A stretch of 64,000 nucleotides of DNA from an uncultured Chromatiales bacterium (GTDB lineage Bacteria > Pseudomonadota > Gammaproteobacteria > SZUA-140), in contig CAZOOF010000005.1 in NCBI GenBank assembly GCA_964581365.1, forward strand, positions 12,872-76,871, given 5' to 3'. Both the position numbers and the translations under genes were made by a program. Under the pieces are notes generated by a model. That model saw nothing but the letters and a program-made list of their open reading frames with translations. It did not search any database and was not told the origin of the DNA. Positions 37,084 through 46,046 of this stretch are shown here, in pieces. The stretch's first letter is position 1. Each line of letters starts with the position of its first letter.

Positions 37084-37188
37084 GGGTAGCAGGAAAGCGC
37101 GAGAGGGGGAAACCCGCGTCGTTGGCAGCGGGCAGCGACGGCGCTAATATGGCCGAACGGTAGCGCTTGCCTGCGCGGAGGGAAACCG

Positions 37189-37656
37189 GTGATCAAGAAA
37201 ATAGTATCCGGCGGCCAGACGGGTGTGGATCGCGCCGCTCTCGATGTCGCCCTAGAAAGAGGCATCGCCTGCGGCGGCTGGTGTCCTGCCGGACGTCATG
37301 CCGACGACGGCGTCATTCCCGAACGCTATCCCCTGCAGGAGACAGTGGAGATGGATCACACCATCCGCACCGAACATAATGTGCGCGATTCCGATGGCAC
37401 ACTGATGCTGTACCGGGGAACGCTGCAGGGCGGCACTGCCTATGCCGTGCTGATGGCGCGTCATCTCGGTCGGCCCGTCCTGGCATGCAACCTGGACGAG
37501 GCTTTCGATAGCGACGCGGTAATCGCCTGGATTCGCAATAACCATATTCGCGTGCTGCATGTCGGCGGCCAGCGCGAATCGAGTTGTCCTGGAATCTACC
37601 AGGCGGCCAAGCGCAGCCTGGAATCGCTGCTTACACGTCTCGAGAAGGAGGTGTAA
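37189..37656 (+). CDS. SLOG-superfamily protein of the putative molybdenum-cofactor-carrier type (PF12694-like, YpsA/LOG/DprA fold)
   Basis: N-terminal IVSGGQTGVDRAALDVALERGIACGGWCPAGRHADDGVIPERYPLQE closely matches the MoCo-carrier-like SLOG signature. Confidence 0.65.
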   Translation: MIKKIVSGGQTGVDRAALDVALERGIACGGWCPAGRHADDGVIPERYPLQETVEMDHTIRTEHNVRDSDGTLMLYRGTLQGGTAYAVLMARHLGRPVLACNLDEAFDSDAVIAWIRNNHIRVLHVGGQRESSCPGIYQAAKRSLESLLTRLEKEV

Positions 37657-37928
37657 TGTCTGCTGCTCCGCTTCCGCCCGGCATCGACACCTGGTTGCGC
37701 AGCAACCTGCTCATCAACCGTTTTTGCACCCAGAACGGGTGGATCGACGATGACACGCTGCGCTACGAGGTCTCGTCGAGCGAGGAAGGCTGGACCCGGA
37801 TCAACGTCTACTTCACCGAGCTGGTGATGGAAGGGTCTGGCTGCGTCGCCGATCGCGTGGCGTGCTTCGGTCAGATCGATCTGCGACTCGATGGAGGGGC
37901 GCGGGTCCTGGAGGCAAAGGTCGCCTGA
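37656..37928 (+). CDS. Hypothetical 90-aa protein translationally coupled (TAATG) to the SLOG gene
   Basis: AAGGAGG lies inside the end of the upstream gene. MSAAPLPPGIDTWLRSNLLINRFCTQNGWIDDDTLRYEVSSSEEGWTRINVYFTELV... has no recognised family. Confidence 0.45.
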   Translation: MSAAPLPPGIDTWLRSNLLINRFCTQNGWIDDDTLRYEVSSSEEGWTRINVYFTELVMEGSGCVADRVACFGQIDLRLDGGARVLEAKVA

Positions 37929-37961
37929 CCGGATTGCGGTTGCTACCTTGCCGGCTTCTGC

Positions 37962-39056
37962 CTATAGCAGGCTCTCGATCTGATCCTCGATCAGGGCGCG
38001 CTTGCGTTCGACGTCGAGGCTGAGCTTCAGCTGGGTTGCGGCTCGCGCAAGATTCTGGCCGGGGAAGTCGATGCGGAAGTAGCGGTCGCCCGCGAGGTGA
38101 TCGGTGAGGAAACGCACGCCCAGCTCGAAGGGAATCAGGCGCAGCGCGGCGTAGAGGTCCGCAGTAGTTATGTTGCGCGCGCACTCCCCGGCGGTTTCGA
38201 AATAGCCAGCGAGTCCAGCGCGGCACATCTCGAGTTCGTAGGCCGCTTCACCATCGCTGCCGGCTTCCCCGGCCCGATTGCAGGCGGACCGCAGGCAGTC
38301 GGCGATATCGTGATGAATCACTCCCGGCTTGACCGTATCCAGATCGATCAGACTCACCGCCGCATCGCGCCTGGTATCGAACAGGACATTGTCCAGTTTG
38401 GGATCGCCGTGAACGACTTGAGAGCGTATGGTTCCGGCAGCGAGCGCGCGCTCGATGAGGTCGGCCTGGTCGCGGCGTTCGTCGATGAAGTCCAGCCAGG
38501 GCGCAGTATCCCTCAAGCGTAAAGGTTCCGCCTGCGCGAGCGCTTCATCCAACCGGACGAGATGGCGCGGCGTGTTGTGAAAGTCGGGCCGGGTATCGTG
38601 CATGCGGGCCGGGTCGAGATCGAACAGCAGGGCGTGAAACCGACCGAGGATGCGGCCGGCCTCGCGCGCATGCCCGGGATGCCGCGGACGATGATAGCTG
38701 CGGGTGCCCTCGATGAACGTCATGGCGCGCCAAGCGCCGCCTTCGCTATCGATGTGCAGCAGTTCAGCCGTGCGTGTGCGGTAGAGACGGGGGAAAACAA
38801 CGCCGCTGTCACCCGCGCGCGCCTCGACGTGAGCGAACAGGGTAGCCAGATTCTCCATGATCAGCGCTGGATTGGAGAAGGCGCGGCGGCTGATGCGCTG
38901 CAGTATGGCGCGCGGCGCCGCGCCGCCATCCAGTTCGATGACATAGGTATCGTTGATGAGGCCGCGGCCGTGAGGGTGGATGGCTCGCGCGCGCCCGGGA
39001 AGATCGAACTCGCGCGCGGCAGCGAGCGCGCCGGCGATCGGGTCTCCGCCACTCAT
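37962..39056 (-). CDS. APH/ChoK-family small-molecule kinase (phosphotransferase enzyme family, HSK-II/AmgK-like)
   Basis: GLINDTYVI, Brenner motif VVHGDPKLDNVLFD and IDLDTV (DxD). Confidence 0.8.
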   Translation of the reverse strand: MSGGDPIAGALAAAREFDLPGRARAIHPHGRGLINDTYVIELDGGAAPRAILQRISRRAFSNPALIMENLATLFAHVEARAGDSGVVFPRLYRTRTAELLHIDSEGGAWRAMTFIEGTRSYHRPRHPGHAREAGRILGRFHALLFDLDPARMHDTRPDFHNTPRHLVRLDEALAQAEPLRLRDTAPWLDFIDERRDQADLIERALAAGTIRSQVVHGDPKLDNVLFDTRRDAAVSLIDLDTVKPGVIHHDIADCLRSACNRAGEAGSDGEAAYELEMCRAGLAGYFETAGECARNITTADLYAALRLIPFELGVRFLTDHLAGDRYFRIDFPGQNLARAATQLKLSLDVERKRALIEDQIESLL

Positions 39057-39364
39057 GAATCCTCCTCCACCGAAAAGCGCAGCCAGCGCAGATCCTCGCC
39101 ATCGCCCCAGCCCAGGCGGTCGGGTGCGAGCAGGCGGGGCCAGCGCATGCGTCCAGCCATCTCTGGCTTCCAGAACACAGGCTCGATCCAGCCGAATTCA
39201 TCCCGGGTGAAGCCGGCCGGAATCCTGCGTTCGATGAGCGCTCTGATCATCGCTCTTTCCGTCGATTCGGCCTCGATCACGGCGTTGCGTTCGAGTTCCG
39301 GATGTTCATAGAAAGCGGTGACACGATAGCGTCGCATGCGCGCGTGAATGGGCATGCCGGACAT
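39053..39364 (-). CDS. Hypothetical 103-aa protein whose stop overlaps the kinase start (ATGA)
   Basis: MSGMPIHARMRRYRVTAFYEHPELERNAVIEAE... has coding-like composition and is coupled to the kinase by a 4-nt overlap. Confidence 0.45.
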   Translation of the reverse strand: MSGMPIHARMRRYRVTAFYEHPELERNAVIEAESTERAMIRALIERRIPAGFTRDEFGWIEPVFWKPEMAGRMRWPRLLAPDRLGWGDGEDLRWLRFSVEEDS

Positions 39365-39465
39365 TCTAGGGGTAAGAGCGGCGAAGAAGAAGCGGCCTGC
39401 GTGCTAGAATGCTTCCCGATGAGCGCGCCGGACCGCAACGATATCATTCCGCCTTTCCCACGCTG

Positions 39466-39858
39466 ATGAGCGGTCTCAGGCTGCATCATGTCAGTATTCT
39501 GGTGTCCGATCTGGAGCGCGCTCTGCGCTTCTACGAGGGCCTGCTCGGACTGCAGCAGGCGCAGCGTCCCGATCTTGGCTATCCCGGCGCGTGGCTGTCG
39601 CTCGGCGAGCAGCAGATTCATCTGCTGCAGCTTGCCGGGCCGCCGGCGGACCGGATGGTGCCGGTAGGGCGGGATCGACATTTGGCGCTGATGGTTGAGG
39701 ATCTCGATGGGCTGATGGCGCGTCTGGAAGACGCCGGGCTGGGGCTCGCCCGCAGTCGCAGCGGACGCGCGGCCTGTTTCTGTCGCGACCCGGATGGCAA
39801 CGGCATCGAGCTCATCGCCATGAGTGAATCGGCAGGTCAATCTGCGGAAGGAGGGTGA
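39466..39858 (+). CDS. VOC-family protein (glyoxalase/bleomycin-resistance/dioxygenase fold)
   Basis: LHHVSILVSDLERALRFYEGLLGL...HLALMVEDLDGLMARLEDAG...DPDGNGIEL. Confidence 0.75.
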   Translation: MSGLRLHHVSILVSDLERALRFYEGLLGLQQAQRPDLGYPGAWLSLGEQQIHLLQLAGPPADRMVPVGRDRHLALMVEDLDGLMARLEDAGLGLARSRSGRAACFCRDPDGNGIELIAMSESAGQSAEGG

Positions 39859-39861
39859 ACC

Positions 39862-40683
39862 TTGGACAAGGACAAACGGAGCCGTCGGTTATCGGAAGCC
39901 TACCGCAACGAGGCCTTCCTCGGCAGCAGCGGGGCGCGTCCCTTGCGCATTCTGTCGGAGTACCTCGAACCCGATGGACGCTTTCGCCACTATGCCGTGG
40001 AAGACACCATCGTCTTCATGGGTTCGGCTCGTCTGCTGTCACGCAGCGATGCCGAAGCGGCGCTCGTCCGGGCGCGGGAGAGTGGCGGTGATGTGGAGGC
40101 TGCCGAGCGTGACCTGGATATGTCGCGCTACTACGAGGCTGCCCGGGAACTTGCTTTCCGCTTTACGGAATGGTCGAAGCAGCTCGGTGACGAGGCCCGG
40201 CGGTTCGTCGTCTGCACGGGCGGCGGTCCCGGGATCATGGAGGCAGCCAATCGCGGCGCTTCCGAAGCGCGCGGCATGAACATCGGGCTCACGATCTCCA
40301 TCCCGATCGAAGAGTTCGACAACCAGTATGTCACCCGCGAGCTGTCATTCCACTTCCACTATTTCTTCATGCGCAAGTTCTGGTTCGCCTATCTGGCGAA
40401 GGCGGTACTGGTGTTTCCCGGCGGTTTCGGCACCCTGGATGAGCTGTTCGAGCTGCTGACCCTGCTGCAGACGCGGAAGATGAGCAAGCACCTCCCGATT
40501 GTCCTGTTCGGAACCAGCTTCTGGCGTGAAGTAGTCAATTTCGATGCCCTGATCCGCAGCCGCACTATCAGTCCGGAGGATATGGATCTGATGTTCTTCA
40601 CCGATTCCGTCGATGAAGCCTACGATTACATCGTGCAGAAGCTGCAGGAGCACGCGCAGTCGGAGCGGGGGCCGCGCCTTTAG
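39862..40683 (+). CDS. LOG-family protein (TIGR00730 Rossmann-fold nucleotide-binding/phosphoribohydrolase type), long form with an N-terminal extension
   Basis: VVCTGGGPGIMEAANRGA and PGGFGTLDELFELLTLLQT (PGGxGTxxE) motifs, plus a ~100-aa N-terminal extension. Confidence 0.85.
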   Translation: MDKDKRSRRLSEAYRNEAFLGSSGARPLRILSEYLEPDGRFRHYAVEDTIVFMGSARLLSRSDAEAALVRARESGGDVEAAERDLDMSRYYEAARELAFRFTEWSKQLGDEARRFVVCTGGGPGIMEAANRGASEARGMNIGLTISIPIEEFDNQYVTRELSFHFHYFFMRKFWFAYLAKAVLVFPGGFGTLDELFELLTLLQTRKMSKHLPIVLFGTSFWREVVNFDALIRSRTISPEDMDLMFFTDSVDEAYDYIVQKLQEHAQSERGPRL

Positions 40684-40814
40684 CCGTCGCCGGGAGGGAA
40701 GTGGCGAAGTCCGGTGACGGGTGGTCTTTGCGCTGATATTTCAGCTTTTCACCTGTCACGGCCCTCTGCTACTATCGTCCTTCCCGCGGGCTGAATCGGG
40801 CTTGCGAAATTACT

Positions 40815-40899
40815 GCGCAGGTGGCGGAATCGGTAGACGCGCTGGTTTTAGGTGCCAGTGGGGCAACCTGTGAGAGTTCGAGTCTCTCCCTGCGCACCA
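40815..40899 (+). tRNA. tRNA-Leu (anticodon UAG) with a long variable arm, including encoded CCA
   Basis: Acceptor GCGCAGG/CCTGCGC, anticodon stem CTGGT/GCCAG with loop TTTAGGT (anticodon TAG), T-arm GAGAG-TTCGAGT-CTCTC, discriminator A and CCA. Confidence 0.85.
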
Positions 40900-40915
40900 G
40901 CGGGCCTGGTGCGAG

Positions 40916-43318
40916 TCAGTCCGTCAGGTCGAGCGCCGCATTGATGGCGTCGTCCACATTCTCCAGCCAGACGAAATTGAGCCGTTTGCGGGCTGACTCC
41001 GGCACGTCCTCGAGATCGATGCGGTTGCGGGCGGGCAGAAGCACTGTGGTGATGCCCGCGCGCGCGGCGGCCAGCGCCTTCTCCTTGATGCCGCCGACCG
41101 GCAGCACCAGCCCCCGCAGGCTTATCTCTCCGGTCATCGCCGTATCCTGCCGTACCGTGCGTCCGGTGAGCAAAGATACCAGCGCTGTGTACATCGCGAC
41201 GCCTGCGCTCGGTCCGTCCTTGGGAATGGCTCCCGCCGGCACATGGATGTGCAGGTCCGATTCGGCGAATACCGACTGGTCGATGCCGAGCGATTCCCAG
41301 CGGTTCTTGGCCAGGCTCAGCGCCGCCTGCGCGCTCTCCTTCATCACCTCGCCAAGTTGTCCGGTAAGGATCAGCTTGCCGTTACCGGGGCTGCGGGCAG
41401 CCTCGATGAACAGGATGTCGCCGCCGACGGGTGTCCACGCCAGTCCGGTCGCGACGCCGGGCACGCTGACTCGCATCGCCACCTCGCTTTCGAACTTGCG
41501 CGGACCGAGGATGGCGGGCAGGTCCGCAGAGTCGATGGTGGCGGGAGTGGTGTCACCTTCGGCCACACGCATGGCGATGTGGCGGAAGACATTGCCGATC
41601 TCGCGCTCCAGATTGCGCACCCCGGCTTCACGCGTGTATTCGCTGATGATGGTCTGCAGCGCCGCTTCGGTCAGCGTGCACTGATCGGCGGTGAGGCCGG
41701 TGGCCTCGAGTTGCCGGCCGACGAGGTAGCGCTTCGCGATCTCCATCTTCTCTTCATCGGTGTAGCCGGGCAGCGTGATGATTTCCATGCGATCGAGCAG
41801 AGGGCGCGGGATCGTGTCGGCCATGTTCGCCGTGGCCAGGAACACCACTCGCGACAGATCGAACGGCACGGCGATATAGTTGTCGCGAAAGGCGGAATTC
41901 TGCTCCGGGTCGAGTACCTCGAGGAGGGCCGCGCTCGGGTCGCCATGGAATCCGGTGCCCAGCTTGTCCACTTCGTCGAGCATGAACACCGGATTGCGGG
42001 TGCCCGCCTTGCGCAGCCCCTGGATGATGTTGCCGGGGAGGGCGCCCACATAGGTCCGGCGATGCCCGCGGATCTCCGATTCGTCGTGAACCCCGCCGAG
42101 CGCGACGCGCACGAAGGCGCGGCCCGTGGCGCGCGCAATGCTCTGCCCGAGCGAGGTTTTACCGACTCCGGGCGGTCCGACCAGGCACAGAATCGGGCTG
42201 CGTCCCTGGGGATTGAGTTTCAGCACCGCCAGATACTCCAGGATACGGCGCTTCACTTTTTCCAGGCCGTAGTGATCCTCGTCGAGGATGGTCCGCGCGC
42301 GGGCGATGTCGATTTCGGCTTCGCTGAGCTTGTTCCAGGGCAGGGCGACCATCCAGTCCAGATAGGTGCGCAGCATCGAATACTCCGAAGCTCCCTCCGG
42401 CATGCGCTCCAGCCGGGAGAGTTCCCGCAGCGCCTGCTCCCTGGCTTCTTCGGGCATGTCGGCTTCATCGATGGCGCGGCTGAGTTCATCGTGCTCGGCT
42501 GCCTGCGGCTGATCCTCGCCCAGTTCGCGCTGAATGGTCTTCAGCTGTTCGCGCAGCAGAAACTCCCGCTGGCGACGGTCCACGGTCTCGCGCGTCTGGC
42601 GTTCGATTTCATGCGACAGACGCAGCACGGCGAGACGCTGGGCGAGCAGTTCGGCCACCCGGTTGACCCGCGCTTCGACGTCGATGATCTCGAGGATTTC
42701 CTGCTTCTCCGCCGCTTTCAGATCCATGAAGCTGGCCACGAGATCGCACAGCGAGCCGGGCGAAGTCACCGCCTGCACCGTTTCTGCCAGCTCGGCGGGG
42801 GCCTGCGGCACGAGCTCGATGGCCTCCAGGGCCTGGCGGCGCATGTGATCGGTGCGCGCCTCGAGCTCCGGCGTGAGGTGCTCCTCGACCTCGATGTTTT
42901 CCACCCGGGCTGCATAGAAAGGATATCCCGGCACGAATTCACGGATCCGGAACCGCCGCAGGCCCTGGCAGATGATGTGATGAGTGCCGTCGGGAGAGGT
43001 GACGTAGCGCAGCACGTTGGCGACCGTGCCCACCGCGTGCAGATCCTCCGGCCCGGGTAGATCCTGTTGCGGATCGCGCTGCTGAATGACACCGAGCGGA
43101 CTGTTCGACTTGACCGCTTCCTGAGCCGCGAGAATCGAACGCCGGCGGCCGATCGTGAGCGGCAGCACGACATCCGGAAACAGCACCACCCCGCGCACCG
43201 GCAGGATGATGATGACATCCTCCGGAAGATCGTAGGCAGGGGCTTCGGAACTGGTTGGCTGTTCGGACTCCGCGGTTGCGGGAGTAACCTGCTCCGGTTT
43301 CTGGACGATTTCGTTCAT
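40916..43318 (-). CDS. lon: ATP-dependent Lon protease (LonA)
   Basis: N-terminal LON domain, AAA+ ([17 protein letters not shown], Walker [10 protein letters not shown]) and a proteolytic domain with [15 protein letters not shown] and the Lys of the Ser-Lys dyad. Confidence 0.95.
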   Translation of the reverse strand: MNEIVQKPEQVTPATAESEQPTSSEAPAYDLPEDVIIILPVRGVVLFPDVVLPLTIGRRRSILAAQEAVKSNSPLGVIQQRDPQQDLPGPEDLHAVGTVANVLRYVTSPDGTHHIICQGLRRFRIREFVPGYPFYAARVENIEVEEHLTPELEARTDHMRRQALEAIELVPQAPAELAETVQAVTSPGSLCDLVASFMDLKAAEKQEILEIIDVEARVNRVAELLAQRLAVLRLSHEIERQTRETVDRRQREFLLREQLKTIQRELGEDQPQAAEHDELSRAIDEADMPEEAREQALRELSRLERMPEGASEYSMLRTYLDWMVALPWNKLSEAEIDIARARTILDEDHYGLEKVKRRILEYLAVLKLNPQGRSPILCLVGPPGVGKTSLGQSIARATGRAFVRVALGGVHDESEIRGHRRTYVGALPGNIIQGLRKAGTRNPVFMLDEVDKLGTGFHGDPSAALLEVLDPEQNSAFRDNYIAVPFDLSRVVFLATANMADTIPRPLLDRMEIITLPGYTDEEKMEIAKRYLVGRQLEATGLTADQCTLTEAALQTIISEYTREAGVRNLEREIGNVFRHIAMRVAEGDTTPATIDSADLPAILGPRKFESEVAMRVSVPGVATGLAWTPVGGDILFIEAARSPGNGKLILTGQLGEVMKESAQAALSLAKNRWESLGIDQSVFAESDLHIHVPAGAIPKDGPSAGVAMYTALVSLLTGRTVRQDTAMTGEISLRGLVLPVGGIKEKALAAARAGITTVLLPARNRIDLEDVPESARKRLNFVWLENVDDAINAALDLTD

Positions 43319-43355
43319 GTTCAGGCTCCTGGATCAGGGGTGGCGCGGACGGTAC

Positions 43356-43763
43356 TCAGAACAGCTTCTTGAGCTGCATCATCAGGCAGCCGTGCATGGC
43401 CTCGTGGGCGGCGAGCTCCAGCTCGCTGCCTGGCAGCTCAAATACCCGTACGAAGCGACCGTAAGGAATCTCCAGCCTCTGCACTATGCCGGCCCGGCGC
43501 AGGCTTTCTGGCAAGGGGCGCTCCGCGCGAACCTGGACGACGTTGCCGGAGACGCTGATTTCCATGGCGGCCGGGGGAACCCCCGGCAGGGCGACGAGAA
43601 TCCAGAACTCGTTCTCTGTCTCGAAGATATCCGCCGGCGGCTCCCAGACCGGCTGCCCGGATTCGGCGGATAGCTGGAAGAACTGACGATGCAGACGTTC
43701 GGCGCGTTGAAGAAGCCCGCAAGCTTCTGCCCACATCCAGATCTTGGGATCCTGGGATGACAT
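43356..43763 (-). CDS. Hsp20-family small heat-shock protein immediately upstream of lon
   Basis: ACD-like PADIFETENEFWILVALPGV...GNVVQVRAER...LEIPYGRFVRVFELP. Confidence 0.7.
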   Translation of the reverse strand: MSSQDPKIWMWAEACGLLQRAERLHRQFFQLSAESGQPVWEPPADIFETENEFWILVALPGVPPAAMEISVSGNVVQVRAERPLPESLRRAGIVQRLEIPYGRFVRVFELPGSELELAAHEAMHGCLMMQLKKLF

Positions 43764-43882
43764 CGCTCTGCCTCTTCCTAATCCGACCGGTATTCATGTT
43801 AGTCCATAATGAGGGCAGTGCGAATAAAATCCACCGGGCTCTGCTAGAATGGATCCATGCTTTCGCGGAGGTATTTGCAGAC

Positions 43883-44194
43883 GTGACTGAAGACGAAAAG
43901 GAAGCTGAAGCGGTGTTCGACGAAGCGGCGTGGCGGACGGTCGAGCTGGGCAACAGCATGGCACAGGCCGACGAAGACGCCGACGTCTGGGATATCGCCG
44001 ATGGCTTGCTCGCGGGCGCAGTGCAGTACTGGCTGTACTCGCGTGAACCCTGTGACAATCCGCGTTGTGAGGACTGCGCGCCGCTCAGCACCGCCGAGAA
44101 GCGGGTTGCTGAAATGGCACGCCTGCTTCGGCAGTACGCTGAAGAAAGCGAGTACTATCACTCGCAGAACGATTCCAACGTGGGCAGGGCTTAG
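43883..44194 (+). CDS. Hypothetical acidic protein (about 103 aa)
   Basis: GTG start 11 nt after GGAGG, with a CxxxxC...C..C pattern (CDNPRCEDC). Low confidence. Confidence 0.35.
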   Translation: MTEDEKEAEAVFDEAAWRTVELGNSMAQADEDADVWDIADGLLAGAVQYWLYSREPCDNPRCEDCAPLSTAEKRVAEMARLLRQYAEESEYYHSQNDSNVGRA

Positions 44195-44269
44195 GGCGGC
44201 GGAGTCGGGCGGCTCCGGCCTGCCGGGGAAGCGGAAGCGCGTCGCAAGCGGCTGCCGCGCCCTGTGCCG

Positions 44270-44304
44270 GAAAAACAAAAGGGATCCTCACGGATCCCTT
44301 TTCA
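44270..44304. terminator. Bidirectional rho-independent terminator
   Basis: AAAACAAAA-GGGATCC-tcac-GGATCCC-TTTT: a perfect stem flanked by A and T runs, between two convergent genes. Confidence 0.65.
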
Positions 44305-44339
44305 CATCTGACCCCGGCACTTCTCCGGCCTTCACTCGT

Positions 44340-44741
44340 TCACTCGTCGTCGACCGCATCCCAGTCGTCGTCCATCACCGATTCGAATTCAGGCTCGTTC
44401 GTGGCAAGCGCGTCGAGATCGTCGGTCAGCCTGTCATCCTGAACCGGACGGGTCGGTCGCGACGTCGTTGGCAGCGGTCGCTCGGTGCGCACCTTGAACT
44501 GCTTGCGCGCGCGCAGGTATGCCGCTCTCAGCTCGGCGCCGATTTCCTCTCCTTCCGCAGCGGTGAGTTCCCGCAGCTTGGGTTCGACGATGGCGCGGTT
44601 GTACGGAATGATCTCGTTACGCGCCATGTTGAAGAGATAAATGGTATCGGGATTGCCGGTGTCGAGTTGATCGTCTCGCACCACGGCACTGCTTTTCTGT
44701 CCCGCCTCAAGGTAACCGCACCAGATGGAATGCTTGGCCAT
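44340..44741 (-). CDS. Hypothetical protein with an acidic C-terminal tail
   Basis: 133 aa with coding-like composition. It ends immediately before the terminator hairpin. Confidence 0.5.
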   Translation of the reverse strand: MAKHSIWCGYLEAGQKSSAVVRDDQLDTGNPDTIYLFNMARNEIIPYNRAIVEPKLRELTAAEGEEIGAELRAAYLRARKQFKVRTERPLPTTSRPTRPVQDDRLTDDLDALATNEPEFESVMDDDWDAVDDE

Positions 44742-44814
44742 GGCTCGTCAAATATGATATCGATCAGGTGGCAAAATATAGGGCGGCTGTCTCCGTAAAA
44801 GCAAGAGGTCTGAG

Positions 44815-45309
44815 ATGCCATCTGGCACGGTCGAGAAAGGGAGGGGCGGCCCCCCGAAAACCCCGGCGCTGGCGGCCGATATGATCATCGAGATCGGGGG
44901 CGGAATCGTGCTCATCGAGCGGCGGAATCCACCCCATGGCTGGGCCATTCCCGGCGGTTTCGTCGACCCCGGCGAAACGGTCGAAAGCGCCGCCGTTCGC
45001 GAGGCGGCAGAGGAGACCGGTCTGGAGGTGACATTGCGCTGCCTGCTCGGCTGTTATTCAGATCCCCGCCGTGATCCCCGTGGCCACACGGTGAGTCTGG
45101 TCTATGTCGGCTCTGCCGCCGGAACACCGGAGGCACGTGACGATGCCGCGGCAGTCCGGCTGGTGGACCCGGCGGACATAGCTCTTCCCCTGGCTTTCGA
45201 TCATGCGCGCATCATCGCCGACTATCTGGTATGGCGGGATTCCGGATGGTCGCCGGGGTGGCGGCCAGCGCCGCCGATACCCGTCCGCGGGCGAGGCGAG
45301 CAGGCGTGA
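44815..45309 (+). CDS. NUDIX hydrolase
   Basis: Nudix box GGFVDPGETVESAAVREAAEETGLEV. Confidence 0.85.
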   Translation: MPSGTVEKGRGGPPKTPALAADMIIEIGGGIVLIERRNPPHGWAIPGGFVDPGETVESAAVREAAEETGLEVTLRCLLGCYSDPRRDPRGHTVSLVYVGSAAGTPEARDDAAAVRLVDPADIALPLAFDHARIIADYLVWRDSGWSPGWRPAPPIPVRGRGEQA

Positions 45310-45863
45310 TGCGCCGGCGCGGGCGGGCTTTCGTTCTCCTGGTGCTGCTCGCCGGGTTCTGCGCCGTCGCGGCGGCCGAGCCGCGCATCTGGCTGTTCGT
45401 CGACAGCAGCCAGCGAACCTTATCAGTGATGAAGGGAGACCAGCGCGTAGAGCTGTTCCGGGGCGTCGCATTCGGGCGCGGCGGCGTAGCGCCCTTCCGT
45501 CGCGAGGGTGACGGCAGGACGCCGATGGGGGTGTTTTACATCTCCTGGATCAATACCGACAGTCCGTATCACCGCTTCTTCGGACTCGATTATCCCGCCG
45601 CCAGTCACGCCGAAGAGGCATTGCGCGGGCGGGCGATCGACGAGCGAACCTATCACGCCATCCTCGATGCCAGACGGCGTGGCCAGGTGCCGCCGCAGGA
45701 CACCGCGCTCGGCGGTCACATAGGCATACATGGGGTGGGGAGATACGACCCCGAAGACCATCGCCTGTTCGATTGGACACTGGGTTGCGTCGCCCTTACC
45801 GACGAACAGATCGATGAACTCACTCGCTGGGTCACGCTCGGCACCATGGTCGTCATTCAGTAA
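45309..45863 (+). CDS. L,D-transpeptidase (YkuD/ErfK family), secreted
   Basis: ATG overlaps the NUDIX stop (TGATG). Signal peptide MRRRGRAFVLLVLLAGFCAVAAA and catalytic H..G....S.GC.R region IGIHGVGRYDPEDHRLFDWTLGCVAL. Confidence 0.8.
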   Translation: MRRRGRAFVLLVLLAGFCAVAAAEPRIWLFVDSSQRTLSVMKGDQRVELFRGVAFGRGGVAPFRREGDGRTPMGVFYISWINTDSPYHRFFGLDYPAASHAEEALRGRAIDERTYHAILDARRRGQVPPQDTALGGHIGIHGVGRYDPEDHRLFDWTLGCVALTDEQIDELTRWVTLGTMVVIQ

Positions 45864-46046
45864 AGGCGCATGAGGGCAACCCCCTATCGTTGAAAGGACC
45901 ATCCGGCTCTTATACGATTGATCGGGAAAGAGGACGCAGACCAGACTACGGGGTACGCGCGCATGGATGACCATGAGCAGAGTGTCGCCGGGCTGAGATC
46001 TATCCCGGGGCCGGCATCATCGGTGCGGAATGCACCGGGCAGACAG

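Noticed and set aside
41243-43060. 605-aa plus-strand ORF
   Set aside because: Antisense to lon.
43764-43882. Sigma-32 heat-shock promoter upstream of hsp20-lon
   Set aside because: Only a weak CCCTCATTAT resemblance to CCCCATNT and no TTGAAA -35. Not convincing without a PWM scan.
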